Of a DNA stretch of 64,000 bases, positions 17,220-24,735 are shown piece after piece; positions within the stretch are counted from its first letter, which is position 1; the number at the start of each line of letters is the position of its first letter. The stretch lies in contig JAQVEZ010000002.1 of NCBI GenBank assembly GCA_028697455.1, positions 89,921 to 153,920 of the forward strand. The letters are read 5' to 3'. The position numbers and the translations under genes are program-made. The stretch comes from Minisyncoccota bacterium. GTDB lineage: Bacteria > Patescibacteriota > Minisyncoccia > Phycocordibacterales > UBA1006. The notes beneath the pieces were generated by a model that saw only the letters and a program-made list of their open reading frames with translations, was not told the DNA's origin and ran no database searches.

Positions 17220-17933
17220 ATGAAAATAAAAACATTGTATTTGGTGTTGACGGCATTTTTTCTGAGTGCTTGCGCAAGTAGCACTTACCAGAAGATGCCT
17301 CCACCGAACCTTCAGCTATCCTTTCAAAATTTACAGTTTGAAAGGATAGATCCTGTGTCCCTTGTAGGCGTCTATGTCTCGTTTACAACAGCGGGACAGT
17401 TCTACAAAGACTCGCGAGCCGATCGTGAGGAAGCAGTCGATGCGGGTGTTTACATCCAGCACGACATTCTGTCGGGCGAGAGTTTGTATCAACCACTGGT
17501 CACTCCTGTTTTATACCTTACTGGTAAGGATCAGGGAAAACCTGTTCGGGACAAACGAACTGGCAAGATCCTCACGGATGATTTCCTTGGTGAGATCGTC
17601 TCGGTTGAGATAATGGACGGAGGACTTCCCTTGTTCTGGGTACATATTGATTCTCCTACGGGAGGAGCGATTTTGCCCTTTGGGCTTAGAGAAAGCCCCA
17701 AGCAAAAGGGACGACTTCAGGACAAGTTCGTCCTGATGATTGATAACAAGAGCGTCAGCTCTGGGGGGAAGAATTTCTTTCCAATTACGGATCTCTCTGG
17801 ACAAACCTGGTTTGCTCAGAATCCTGGCATGGGATTGAGCAAAATCTATTTTGCGAAATCCTCGGAGAACCAATCAACCTCTGAGGTGGGAACCTCAAAA
17901 AAGGTTGGGTTACCCGCCATTCGGGAACAGTAA
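17220..17933 (+). CDS. Lipoprotein, hypothetical (first gene of the GC-elevated island)
   Basis: Lipobox LSAC with signal peptide MKIKTLYLVLTAFFLSAC. The local GC content is visibly higher than elsewhere in the window. Confidence 0.6.
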   Translation: MKIKTLYLVLTAFFLSACASSTYQKMPPPNLQLSFQNLQFERIDPVSLVGVYVSFTTAGQFYKDSRADREEAVDAGVYIQHDILSGESLYQPLVTPVLYLTGKDQGKPVRDKRTGKILTDDFLGEIVSVEIMDGGLPLFWVHIDSPTGGAILPFGLRESPKQKGRLQDKFVLMIDNKSVSSGGKNFFPITDLSGQTWFAQNPGMGLSKIYFAKSSENQSTSEVGTSKKVGLPAIREQ

Positions 17934-18091
17934 TAATTAAAACAAAAACCCCAATTCTTGGACTTTTCCACAGGAGAGGGGTTTTATTCTTGACAAGTTA
18001 TCTTAATTATGATAAGATATTATCAAGGCTGAGTTCTTTACAAGTTCATTTTATTTAATTTTGAGAGTTAATTGTTTTTTTCAATGTAAAG

Positions 18092-18152
18092 TCTCAGCTC
18101 TTTAGGGAGAGTAACAGCATTATTATTCCTAAAGAGCTGAGAATGGTTCTCA
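18092..18152 (+). promoter_or_regulatory. Perfect 15-bp stem hairpin in the 5' UTR of the 18181 gene
   Basis: tctcagctctttagg (18092-18106) pairs exactly with cctaaagagctgaga (18128-18142), enclosing a 21-nt loop. A second hairpin, gagaa-tgg-ttctc, follows. A TTGACA promoter lies at about 17989. Confidence 0.5.
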
Positions 18153-18180
18153 GTAATTCAAAACTCAAAAAATTAAAAAA

Positions 18181-19140
18181 ATGAAAAAAATCTTTTTTTT
18201 GTTCATTGCAATACTGGGTATTGTGGTGAACGCAAATTATCTGGCTCCTGAAGGTTATTTTGTCCTTGAGGGAAGAACACAGGCAATGCCCAATGTGAAT
18301 TGGCTGGCCTCAGAAATGAACCCAACCAATTTTCCCATCTATGCACAGGAAAACAATAGTATGGGAGCATACTTTAACTATTCTTTCGTTCAGGATGGGA
18401 GAGTGATGGGTACTGAAAGGATTCACCTTTCGGATCAGATAGTAGCGTCCATTGGGCGCCACTTGTCAAATCCGAGAACCGGAGAGTCTTTGTCATCCGT
18501 TTGTGCCCGACAGGGAGGGCAATTTAATGCTGTTAATCGTATCGCTTTGCAATACGCACAACAGCAGATACCTGCTCCTCAGCAGCAATGCTGTCCTACG
18601 CCAGCCCCCCAACAAACTCAAATTGAGTATGTGGATAGACCTGTTTATATACAGGATCCACAAACCAATGAGATGTTGGCTCAATTACAAGCTGACAACG
18701 TTCAGCTTGAAAAACAACTGAGACGCAACCAGACCTGGACCCATATTTGGGGAGGGGTGAACCTGGCGGCGACAGCAGTAGACGGGTATTTGACTCGTCG
18801 TGAGATTAAAAAAAGAAACCGCCCTGTTAACTATAATTATAAAATAGTTAACAATACTCGTACCACCAATAATACCTATAATAATGGTGGAACGACTGGT
18901 AGTGGTGAGACCTGGACTGGAAACGGTTCAGGAAACGAGAACGGTGGTAGCTGGAATCCGAACAACAATCCCGGAAATAACAACGGGAATGGTTCGGGAG
19001 CCGATCCCTTTGGGAGAGGCTATCAGCAAGGAAGTGGATACTCACAAGGCTATTCGTCTATGACGAGCCAGGTGAGAACATCAGCTTCTGGAAGAAGCTC
19101 AAACGGAACAAAATCCGTGCGCTTCCAGAAGAAGCGTTAA
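18181..19140 (+). CDS. Secreted low-complexity (N/G/T/Q-rich) hypothetical protein
   Basis: Signal peptide MKKIFFLFIAILGIVVNA. The C-terminal half is NNTYNNGGTTGSGETWTGNGSGNENGG…. The GC content is elevated. Confidence 0.55.
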   Translation: MKKIFFLFIAILGIVVNANYLAPEGYFVLEGRTQAMPNVNWLASEMNPTNFPIYAQENNSMGAYFNYSFVQDGRVMGTERIHLSDQIVASIGRHLSNPRTGESLSSVCARQGGQFNAVNRIALQYAQQQIPAPQQQCCPTPAPQQTQIEYVDRPVYIQDPQTNEMLAQLQADNVQLEKQLRRNQTWTHIWGGVNLAATAVDGYLTRREIKKRNRPVNYNYKIVNNTRTTNNTYNNGGTTGSGETWTGNGSGNENGGSWNPNNNPGNNNGNGSGADPFGRGYQQGSGYSQGYSSMTSQVRTSASGRSSNGTKSVRFQKKR

Positions 19141-19159
19141 GCAAAATTTAAAACAACAA

Positions 19160-19186
19160 GAGCCTTACGAGTTAAGGCTCTTTTTT
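19160..19186 (+). terminator. Intrinsic terminator
   Basis: Stem gagcctta/taaggctc with loop cgagt and a T6 run. Confidence 0.7.
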
Positions 19187-19254
19187 ATTGCACCAAAACA
19201 TTGACAAGAGACTCTTACAATGCTATTTCTAGGGTAAATATAAAAAAATTAAAG

Positions 19255-20055
19255 ATGAAAAAAGTTTTCTTTTTCTTTGTTGTGCTTTTTTCAAGCTTTG
19301 CGCTTGAGGCACAACGAAATGACGGGGTTGCCCGTCCGACCCGAGGTGCTTTTTGGGATCAGGGCTGCGACGGCTCCATATCCAAGTACGTCGAAAATAA
19401 TCTTGGACCAGGGACTTACTCTGTAGAGTGTGGCGGAATTTCTTATTCCATTGTTGTTGAGCAGATGTGGGATAAAGATACTAAAATTCTTTTCCGTGAT
19501 GGAAATTTTTCCGAAAGAAATCGTAACTGGGTTACGATTTACGGAAAAAAAATCTGGAGATATTCAAGCTCAAATGACTGGACCCTTGCAGATTGTGGAA
19601 ATCGTATCTACGATATCTCTCGTGGACCAAAAGATCTCCAAGGAGGAGGGCTTGTTGTTACTGGCGATAACGGATGTAATTGTCCCGAGCCAAAAGTAAA
19701 GGACTATCAGTTCGAAACGACACCCTTGCGGGGGACAAATACTCCTATGTATTATTTTCCTCCACAACCCCAACAGCCAATGTACGCTTTTGACCAAAAT
19801 GCGTTCTTACCAAAGCAAAAAACTTGGATGGGGAGAAATTGGGGATGGTTTGTTCCACTTCTTGCTGTTGGCGTTGGTACGGGAACGTATTTCCTGATAG
19901 ACGCACTCAACAGCAACCACAGCTCAAGCAACCCACCACCTGATGATGGAGATGGTGATGAGACCTGGGGTCCGAACGACTCTGGGAGTGAACGAGGAAA
20001 AGTGTATACCGTTCCAACCCCTTCAAGAGGGTTTGTTATTCCTATTTTCCAGTAA
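19255..20055 (+). CDS. Secreted Cys-containing hypothetical protein with a C-terminal TM anchor
   Basis: The likely start is the Met at 19255 (MKKVFFFFVVLFSSFALEAQ signal peptide); the ORF track begins at 19201. A TM segment WGWFVPLLAVGVGTGTYFLI lies near the C-terminus. The GC content is elevated. Confidence 0.55.
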   Translation: MKKVFFFFVVLFSSFALEAQRNDGVARPTRGAFWDQGCDGSISKYVENNLGPGTYSVECGGISYSIVVEQMWDKDTKILFRDGNFSERNRNWVTIYGKKIWRYSSSNDWTLADCGNRIYDISRGPKDLQGGGLVVTGDNGCNCPEPKVKDYQFETTPLRGTNTPMYYFPPQPQQPMYAFDQNAFLPKQKTWMGRNWGWFVPLLAVGVGTGTYFLIDALNSNHSSSNPPPDDGDGDETWGPNDSGSERGKVYTVPTPSRGFVIPIFQ

Positions 20056-20067
20056 AAGAGGGAAAAC

Positions 20068-20076
20068 TGTGGATAA
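20068..20076 (-). promoter_or_regulatory. Perfect DnaA-box 9-mer (TGTGGATAA on the + strand) upstream of the large surface protein gene
   Basis: Exact reverse complement of TTATCCACA, immediately after the 19255 gene's stop. Confidence 0.45.
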
Positions 20077-20099
20077 CTTTTAAAAAGTAAAAGGTGTAG

Positions 20100-20128
20100 T
20101 TGACAACTACATCTTTTTTTGCTATGAT
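20100..20128 (+). promoter_or_regulatory. Sigma70 promoter (TTGACA, 17-nt spacer, TATGAT)
   Basis: Consensus spacing, upstream of the 20165 gene. Confidence 0.55.
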
Positions 20129-20164
20129 ACACTTGTTATTCATTATAATTTATCACGACATAAC

Positions 20165-22804
20165 ATGAATCAATTTATCAAAAAATTTGTACAAATTGCA
20201 GTACTTACCGGATCCCTCGTTATTGCAGGGAATGCTTTGGCTGCAAATTTTGACCCCCAACCAATGGGGAATCATGGTTTTACAACCATTAACACCAATT
20301 GTTCACAAGATTGTGCAAATCAAAAAAACAGTATTTCATACAACGAGCTTCCAGCAAGCAAGGAATTTACTGTGTATTTGAATTTTCACAATAATACCCC
20401 TGGGCATATTACTAATGCTGCAGGAAAGGTGAGCTATGCTTCATCTGGAAGTTCAGGGTCTGCGACTTTCACCGGACAGCTTTCTGGGTCAGGAGCATCA
20501 ACTATTACTGACACAGCGACTATTACAAACCTTCCATCAAGTTGGCAAATTCAATTTGTTTCTGGTTTTGTAAGAGTAGAAGAACACTACAGTAACCAAG
20601 GAACTCCCTGTACTGGGACTTTTCCTGGAACATGGCCATGGCAACATAGTTTTTCAAACCCTTCTAATGCACCAATAGGAACACTTCATTACTTTAATGC
20701 TAATGAAGGAGGATGGTGTGATCAAGGATATGTTTTTGCAAAATTTAAAATCGTTGATACCACCGTTAATGATCCAACACCAGTAAACGGTCAGTGTCGT
20801 GTTTATAATGGAACCTACTCCTCACAACCTGCAACGAACACCGCAACTGGATGTCTTGCAGGAACCTATCAAGATACACAGGACACTCAAACACAATGGA
20901 GATGGCAATGTAACGGATTGCATGGTGGAGCAACAACCAGTTGTTCTGCCGCAAAGCAAACCATTAACCAACCAGAGTATAGTTATGCCTGGGGATGGAG
21001 TGCCTGGGGATCCTGTATTAACAACATTCGAACAAGAACAGCTCAGTGTTTACGAACAGAAGTAGGAACTCAAGGACCGTCAAACCCTGTTGTGGTAAAT
21101 GATAGTTACTGTATCCAAAATGTTGGGCCAAAACCAGCACCACAAACTCAATCTTGTTCAGGAACACCTTCTGAAGATACTCTTTCTATTGAAACCTTAG
21201 GAGCAACGAATATTACCCAATCAAGCGCAAAGCTTAATGGACGAGTTCTTGCGGGAAGTACTAACTATGTTTACTTTGTATTAGGAACTAACAGTAACAA
21301 TCTTACCTGTTCTTCTAATAACAAATATTTCCCTTATGATTTCAACATTAACCGAAATGCTGGGGATATGTTTAGCTATACTTTCCCTAACGGAAGTTTG
21401 AGCAGCAACTCAACCTATTACTACCGAGCATGTGCCCAAGGAGTTACCGGAATTACTCCAGGACAAATTGTTTCTTTCAAAACAAAAAAAGCTTCATCAA
21501 ATGAAAATCACGTTGAGATCGTTACCGAAGCGCCACAATCAGTAACCAAGACAACAGCTGATCTCTGTGCGAACCTTGTTGAGGATGGAGGGAGTCAAGT
21601 TCAAACATGGATTGAATATCGAAAGAGTTCAGCAAACTCATGGTCAGAGACACCTACTCATCAACGATATGCAGGATACTTCTGTCAGTCAGTTACAGGG
21701 CTTTCTTCAAACACTTCATACGTGTATCGAGCATGTACTCCAGAGGGATGTGCTTCAACCAGAACCTTTAAGACTCTTTCTTCTGGGTCTGGAAGCTATG
21801 ATCCAGGAGAAGCTCCCATTATTATTACTGACGACCCAACAAACGTTCGAAGTAACGGAGCAATCCTTAACGGTACTTATGTAACTAACGCACCAAGTGG
21901 AACCTGTTGGTTCGAATACGGACGAACAGCCAACCTTGGAAGCCAAACACGAAGCTATTCTGTGGGAAGCGGATATGGAACCTGTGTTCATAACTTTACT
22001 AATCTTGCAGCAAATCAGCTTTACTGTGTACGAGCCGTTATTCAGACCGTAAATGGAACTTCACGAGGAGGAATAAAATGTTTCACTACACCAGGAACTA
22101 CTTATACTGGAGGAGGAACAGTCTATGTACCTCCACGAGTTGTTGTTGTTGAAGAAAACCCACAAGTAGACCTCTCTGCTCTTGGACTAGGACTTTCTTT
22201 GGTGAGACTCAATATCGATGATCACAATGATGTTGTTTTTCCAGGACAACAAGTTATGTATGAGGTAACATGGGAAAATATTTCTCATATTGATCTTGAT
22301 AACTTGCAACTCAAGGTTACTATTCCTTCAAAAATCACTATCACCAGTGCTTCACGAGGACGAATTAACCCAGAGGACAACAGTATTCTCTATATGATTA
22401 GTGACCTTCGTTCAGGAGAGCGAGGAGAGCTTACCATTGGAGGACTTGTTGGGAAACCAACCATAGGAACCGCACTTACTGCACAAGCAGAACTTGCGTA
22501 TAAAAACCCTATTAACTTTGCACAAGAAAATGCTCTTGATTTTGACATCAACGATGTTGGAACAAGAATTGCAGGAGTAACGGCTTCTATCTTTGGATTA
22601 GGAAATATTACCTTCCTTGGATGGCTTGTAATTCTCCTTGGACTCTTTATTATCTTCTTGATTGCTCGGTATCTTTACCTTGAACGAGAAGAATTGAGAG
22701 CTCAGGCATATATGAGTGGATATTCACCATATAACAATCCACCAAACTTTAACCCACGACCTCAAGACGATTATTACAATCCGTATCGACCAAATCGTGG
22801 ATAA
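20165..22804 (+). CDS. Large Cys-rich cell-surface protein with a C-terminal TM anchor and a Pro/Tyr/Asn-rich tail
   Basis: 879 aa with signal peptide MNQFIKKFVQIAVLTGSLVIAGNALA. The body has many Cys and repeated blocks of about 90 aa (fibronectin-III-like by pattern). A TM segment FLGWLVILLGLFIIFLIARYL is followed by the tail YSPYNNPPNFNPRPQDDYYNPYRPNRG. Confidence 0.7.
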   Translation: MNQFIKKFVQIAVLTGSLVIAGNALAANFDPQPMGNHGFTTINTNCSQDCANQKNSISYNELPASKEFTVYLNFHNNTPGHITNAAGKVSYASSGSSGSATFTGQLSGSGASTITDTATITNLPSSWQIQFVSGFVRVEEHYSNQGTPCTGTFPGTWPWQHSFSNPSNAPIGTLHYFNANEGGWCDQGYVFAKFKIVDTTVNDPTPVNGQCRVYNGTYSSQPATNTATGCLAGTYQDTQDTQTQWRWQCNGLHGGATTSCSAAKQTINQPEYSYAWGWSAWGSCINNIRTRTAQCLRTEVGTQGPSNPVVVNDSYCIQNVGPKPAPQTQSCSGTPSEDTLSIETLGATNITQSSAKLNGRVLAGSTNYVYFVLGTNSNNLTCSSNNKYFPYDFNINRNAGDMFSYTFPNGSLSSNSTYYYRACAQGVTGITPGQIVSFKTKKASSNENHVEIVTEAPQSVTKTTADLCANLVEDGGSQVQTWIEYRKSSANSWSETPTHQRYAGYFCQSVTGLSSNTSYVYRACTPEGCASTRTFKTLSSGSGSYDPGEAPIIITDDPTNVRSNGAILNGTYVTNAPSGTCWFEYGRTANLGSQTRSYSVGSGYGTCVHNFTNLAANQLYCVRAVIQTVNGTSRGGIKCFTTPGTTYTGGGTVYVPPRVVVVEENPQVDLSALGLGLSLVRLNIDDHNDVVFPGQQVMYEVTWENISHIDLDNLQLKVTIPSKITITSASRGRINPEDNSILYMISDLRSGERGELTIGGLVGKPTIGTALTAQAELAYKNPINFAQENALDFDINDVGTRIAGVTASIFGLGNITFLGWLVILLGLFIIFLIARYLYLEREELRAQAYMSGYSPYNNPPNFNPRPQDDYYNPYRPNRG

Positions 22805-22811
22805 TACCAAA

Positions 22812-22832
22812 AAACACCTTCGGGTGTTTTTT
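22812..22832 (+). terminator. Intrinsic terminator
   Basis: Stem aacacc/ggtgtt with loop ttcg and a T-run. Confidence 0.65.
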
Positions 22833-22859
22833 GATATGGAACAAAGAGTACAAAAGTTT

Positions 22860-22902
22860 TTGACAAAAAATTGACTCGGGGGGGGGGGCAGGGTGATATA
22901 CT
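22860..22902 (+). promoter_or_regulatory. Promoter of paralog C with a G11 homopolymer tract in the -35/-10 spacer
   Basis: TTGACA at 22860-22865 and TTGACT at 22871-22876. The G x11 tract runs 22878-22888. An extended -10 TGATATACT lies at 22894-22902, with 20 nt between TTGACT and TATACT. The G-run is unique in the window. Confidence 0.6.
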
Positions 22903-22910
22903 AGATGAGT

Positions 22911-24209
22911 ATGAATAAACATATTTTTACGTCACTACTATCGTTATTTGTGATAGTAGGTTTTACAAGTTTTATTAACCCACACACGGTTTCTGCTCAA
23001 CCTATCGAATGGGAGGAGTTTGATTTGAGTCCTGATAATTATAATTCTATTGCTTACGGAAATGGAGTGTATGTTGTGGTCGGGGATGAAGCCTCAATGT
23101 ACTCCTCTGACGGAAAGAATTGGTACCCAGCAATGACCTCGTTGGCGGGAGTCCTGTACTCCGTTGTTTATGGAGATGGAAAATTTGTCGCAGTAGGAAG
23201 CAGCAACAACACAAGTACAAGCAATCCTGTAGCTTATACCTCTACAGATGGAGTAATATGGAGTCCTTCTTTTGAGGCCTTGCCCCCTAAAGTAAATACT
23301 GGAGCTGGGCTTAAAAAAGTTTCCTATGTCTATGACAATATCAACGAAAAAAACCTTTTTGTCGCAGTAGGATCTGACTTATCTAATCTTTTAGGAGGAA
23401 GTCAGATTCCTTACATTATTTATTCTTCTAATGGAAACGAGTGGTTTAAGGCTACCTTACCAATGGGGGTTAATGGTACCGCTTCAGATTTAACAGGAGG
23501 TTATAATGAAGATGGAGAGGTCGTTTTCCTATCTTCAGTAGCAACAAACCCCCTTCTCTCTTCATCAAATATTATTATGTCTACTAATGGTGGAGCAAAT
23601 TGGTTCTATCCAGACGACGCTCTTACAGGACTTGACGGTTTTAGCGGGGCAGCTATGAGCTACCTTAATGGAGAATTTTTTCTTGGAGGAACTATTTCTG
23701 ATATGGGAAGTAAGCTTATTTATGTAATGTCTTCATCGGATGGATTCAATTGGGAGCAGCATGAAGTTGGGTCAACTGTCTCATTTTTTCCTAGATTCAA
23801 TTTTGCATATGGAAATGATAATTATATATCGATAGGGGCAGAAGAATCAATATATTCTTTGGGTGGAGAAAATTGGGAATTTTTTACTCCAAGTTTTGAC
23901 AAGAGCACTGATTTTGGAGTCTATCCAATACAATTAATTTATGCAGATGATTCCTTTGTTCTTTTGGGACAAAATGAATTAGGAGAATCTATTGTTGCTT
24001 TTCCTAAACGCCTGAACGATTCATCAGAAGGGCTTTCTTCAAAATCTTCAAGCATTTTTGGAACACGATTTTGTTCAGCAGGAGTTACGACTTTCTGTAG
24101 ACCACAAAACGGATTTGTGAACAACAACCCATTGATTAGTATTTATACTGAACTTCTGGGACTGTACCAACAACTCCTTTCTGCGATGCAGAGTGAAAAT
24201 AGCTTATAA
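22911..24209 (+). CDS. Secreted BNR/Asp-box-like repeat protein carrying the conserved C-terminal module (paralog C)
   Basis: Signal peptide MNKHIFTSLLSLFVIVGFTSFINPHTVSA. Repeats such as YSVVYGDGKFVAVG and SxDGxxW are present. The C-terminal module is SSIFGTRFCSAGVTTFCRPQNGFVNNNPLISIYTELLGLYQQLLSAMQ. The ORF-track start at 22905 is 2 codons upstream. Confidence 0.75.
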   Translation: MNKHIFTSLLSLFVIVGFTSFINPHTVSAQPIEWEEFDLSPDNYNSIAYGNGVYVVVGDEASMYSSDGKNWYPAMTSLAGVLYSVVYGDGKFVAVGSSNNTSTSNPVAYTSTDGVIWSPSFEALPPKVNTGAGLKKVSYVYDNINEKNLFVAVGSDLSNLLGGSQIPYIIYSSNGNEWFKATLPMGVNGTASDLTGGYNEDGEVVFLSSVATNPLLSSSNIIMSTNGGANWFYPDDALTGLDGFSGAAMSYLNGEFFLGGTISDMGSKLIYVMSSSDGFNWEQHEVGSTVSFFPRFNFAYGNDNYISIGAEESIYSLGGENWEFFTPSFDKSTDFGVYPIQLIYADDSFVLLGQNELGESIVAFPKRLNDSSEGLSSKSSSIFGTRFCSAGVTTFCRPQNGFVNNNPLISIYTELLGLYQQLLSAMQSENSL

Positions 24210-24252
24210 GAGCTGTTTTTTTATTTTCGGATTTTGTTAGTATAAGAACTGT

Positions 24253-24702
24253 ATGGAAACCTTCCTTATCAAAAATAAAAAGGAACTCGATTCTTTTGCT
24301 GATAATTTTTTGACAAAATTTGAACCTTCTTTAGAGGGAGCAAGCTTAGTACTTCTTGAAGGAGATCTTGGCTCTGGAAAAACAACCTTTGTTCAATCGT
24401 GTGCAAGGTATTTTGGTATTGAAGAAGCTCTGACAAGCCCGACTTTTGTTATCCAAAAATCCTATCCAATAAAAGCTCATCAGAATTTTCACAAGCTGGT
24501 TCACATTGATGCCTATCGTTTGGATGGACACAAAGACCTTGAATATCTTGGCTGGGAAGAATTGATTCAAGAAAAGGGGATAATTATTTTTTTGGAATGG
24601 CCTCTGATTGTTTCTGGGATTCATTTTCCTCACGATACGGTATCATTATCCTTCTCAATTCTCGAAAACGAAGAGAGAAAAATCATTTTTTCAAAGAAAT
24701 AA
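24253..24702 (+). CDS. tsaE: tRNA t6A biosynthesis ATPase TsaE (YjeE)
   Basis: P-loop GDLGSGKTTFVQ and SPTF motif, 149 aa. Confidence 0.8.
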   Translation: METFLIKNKKELDSFADNFLTKFEPSLEGASLVLLEGDLGSGKTTFVQSCARYFGIEEALTSPTFVIQKSYPIKAHQNFHKLVHIDAYRLDGHKDLEYLGWEELIQEKGIIIFLEWPLIVSGIHFPHDTVSLSFSILENEERKIIFSKK

Positions 24703-24735
24703 AAGACTCGTTGTGTGATATAATCAAAGAAGAAT

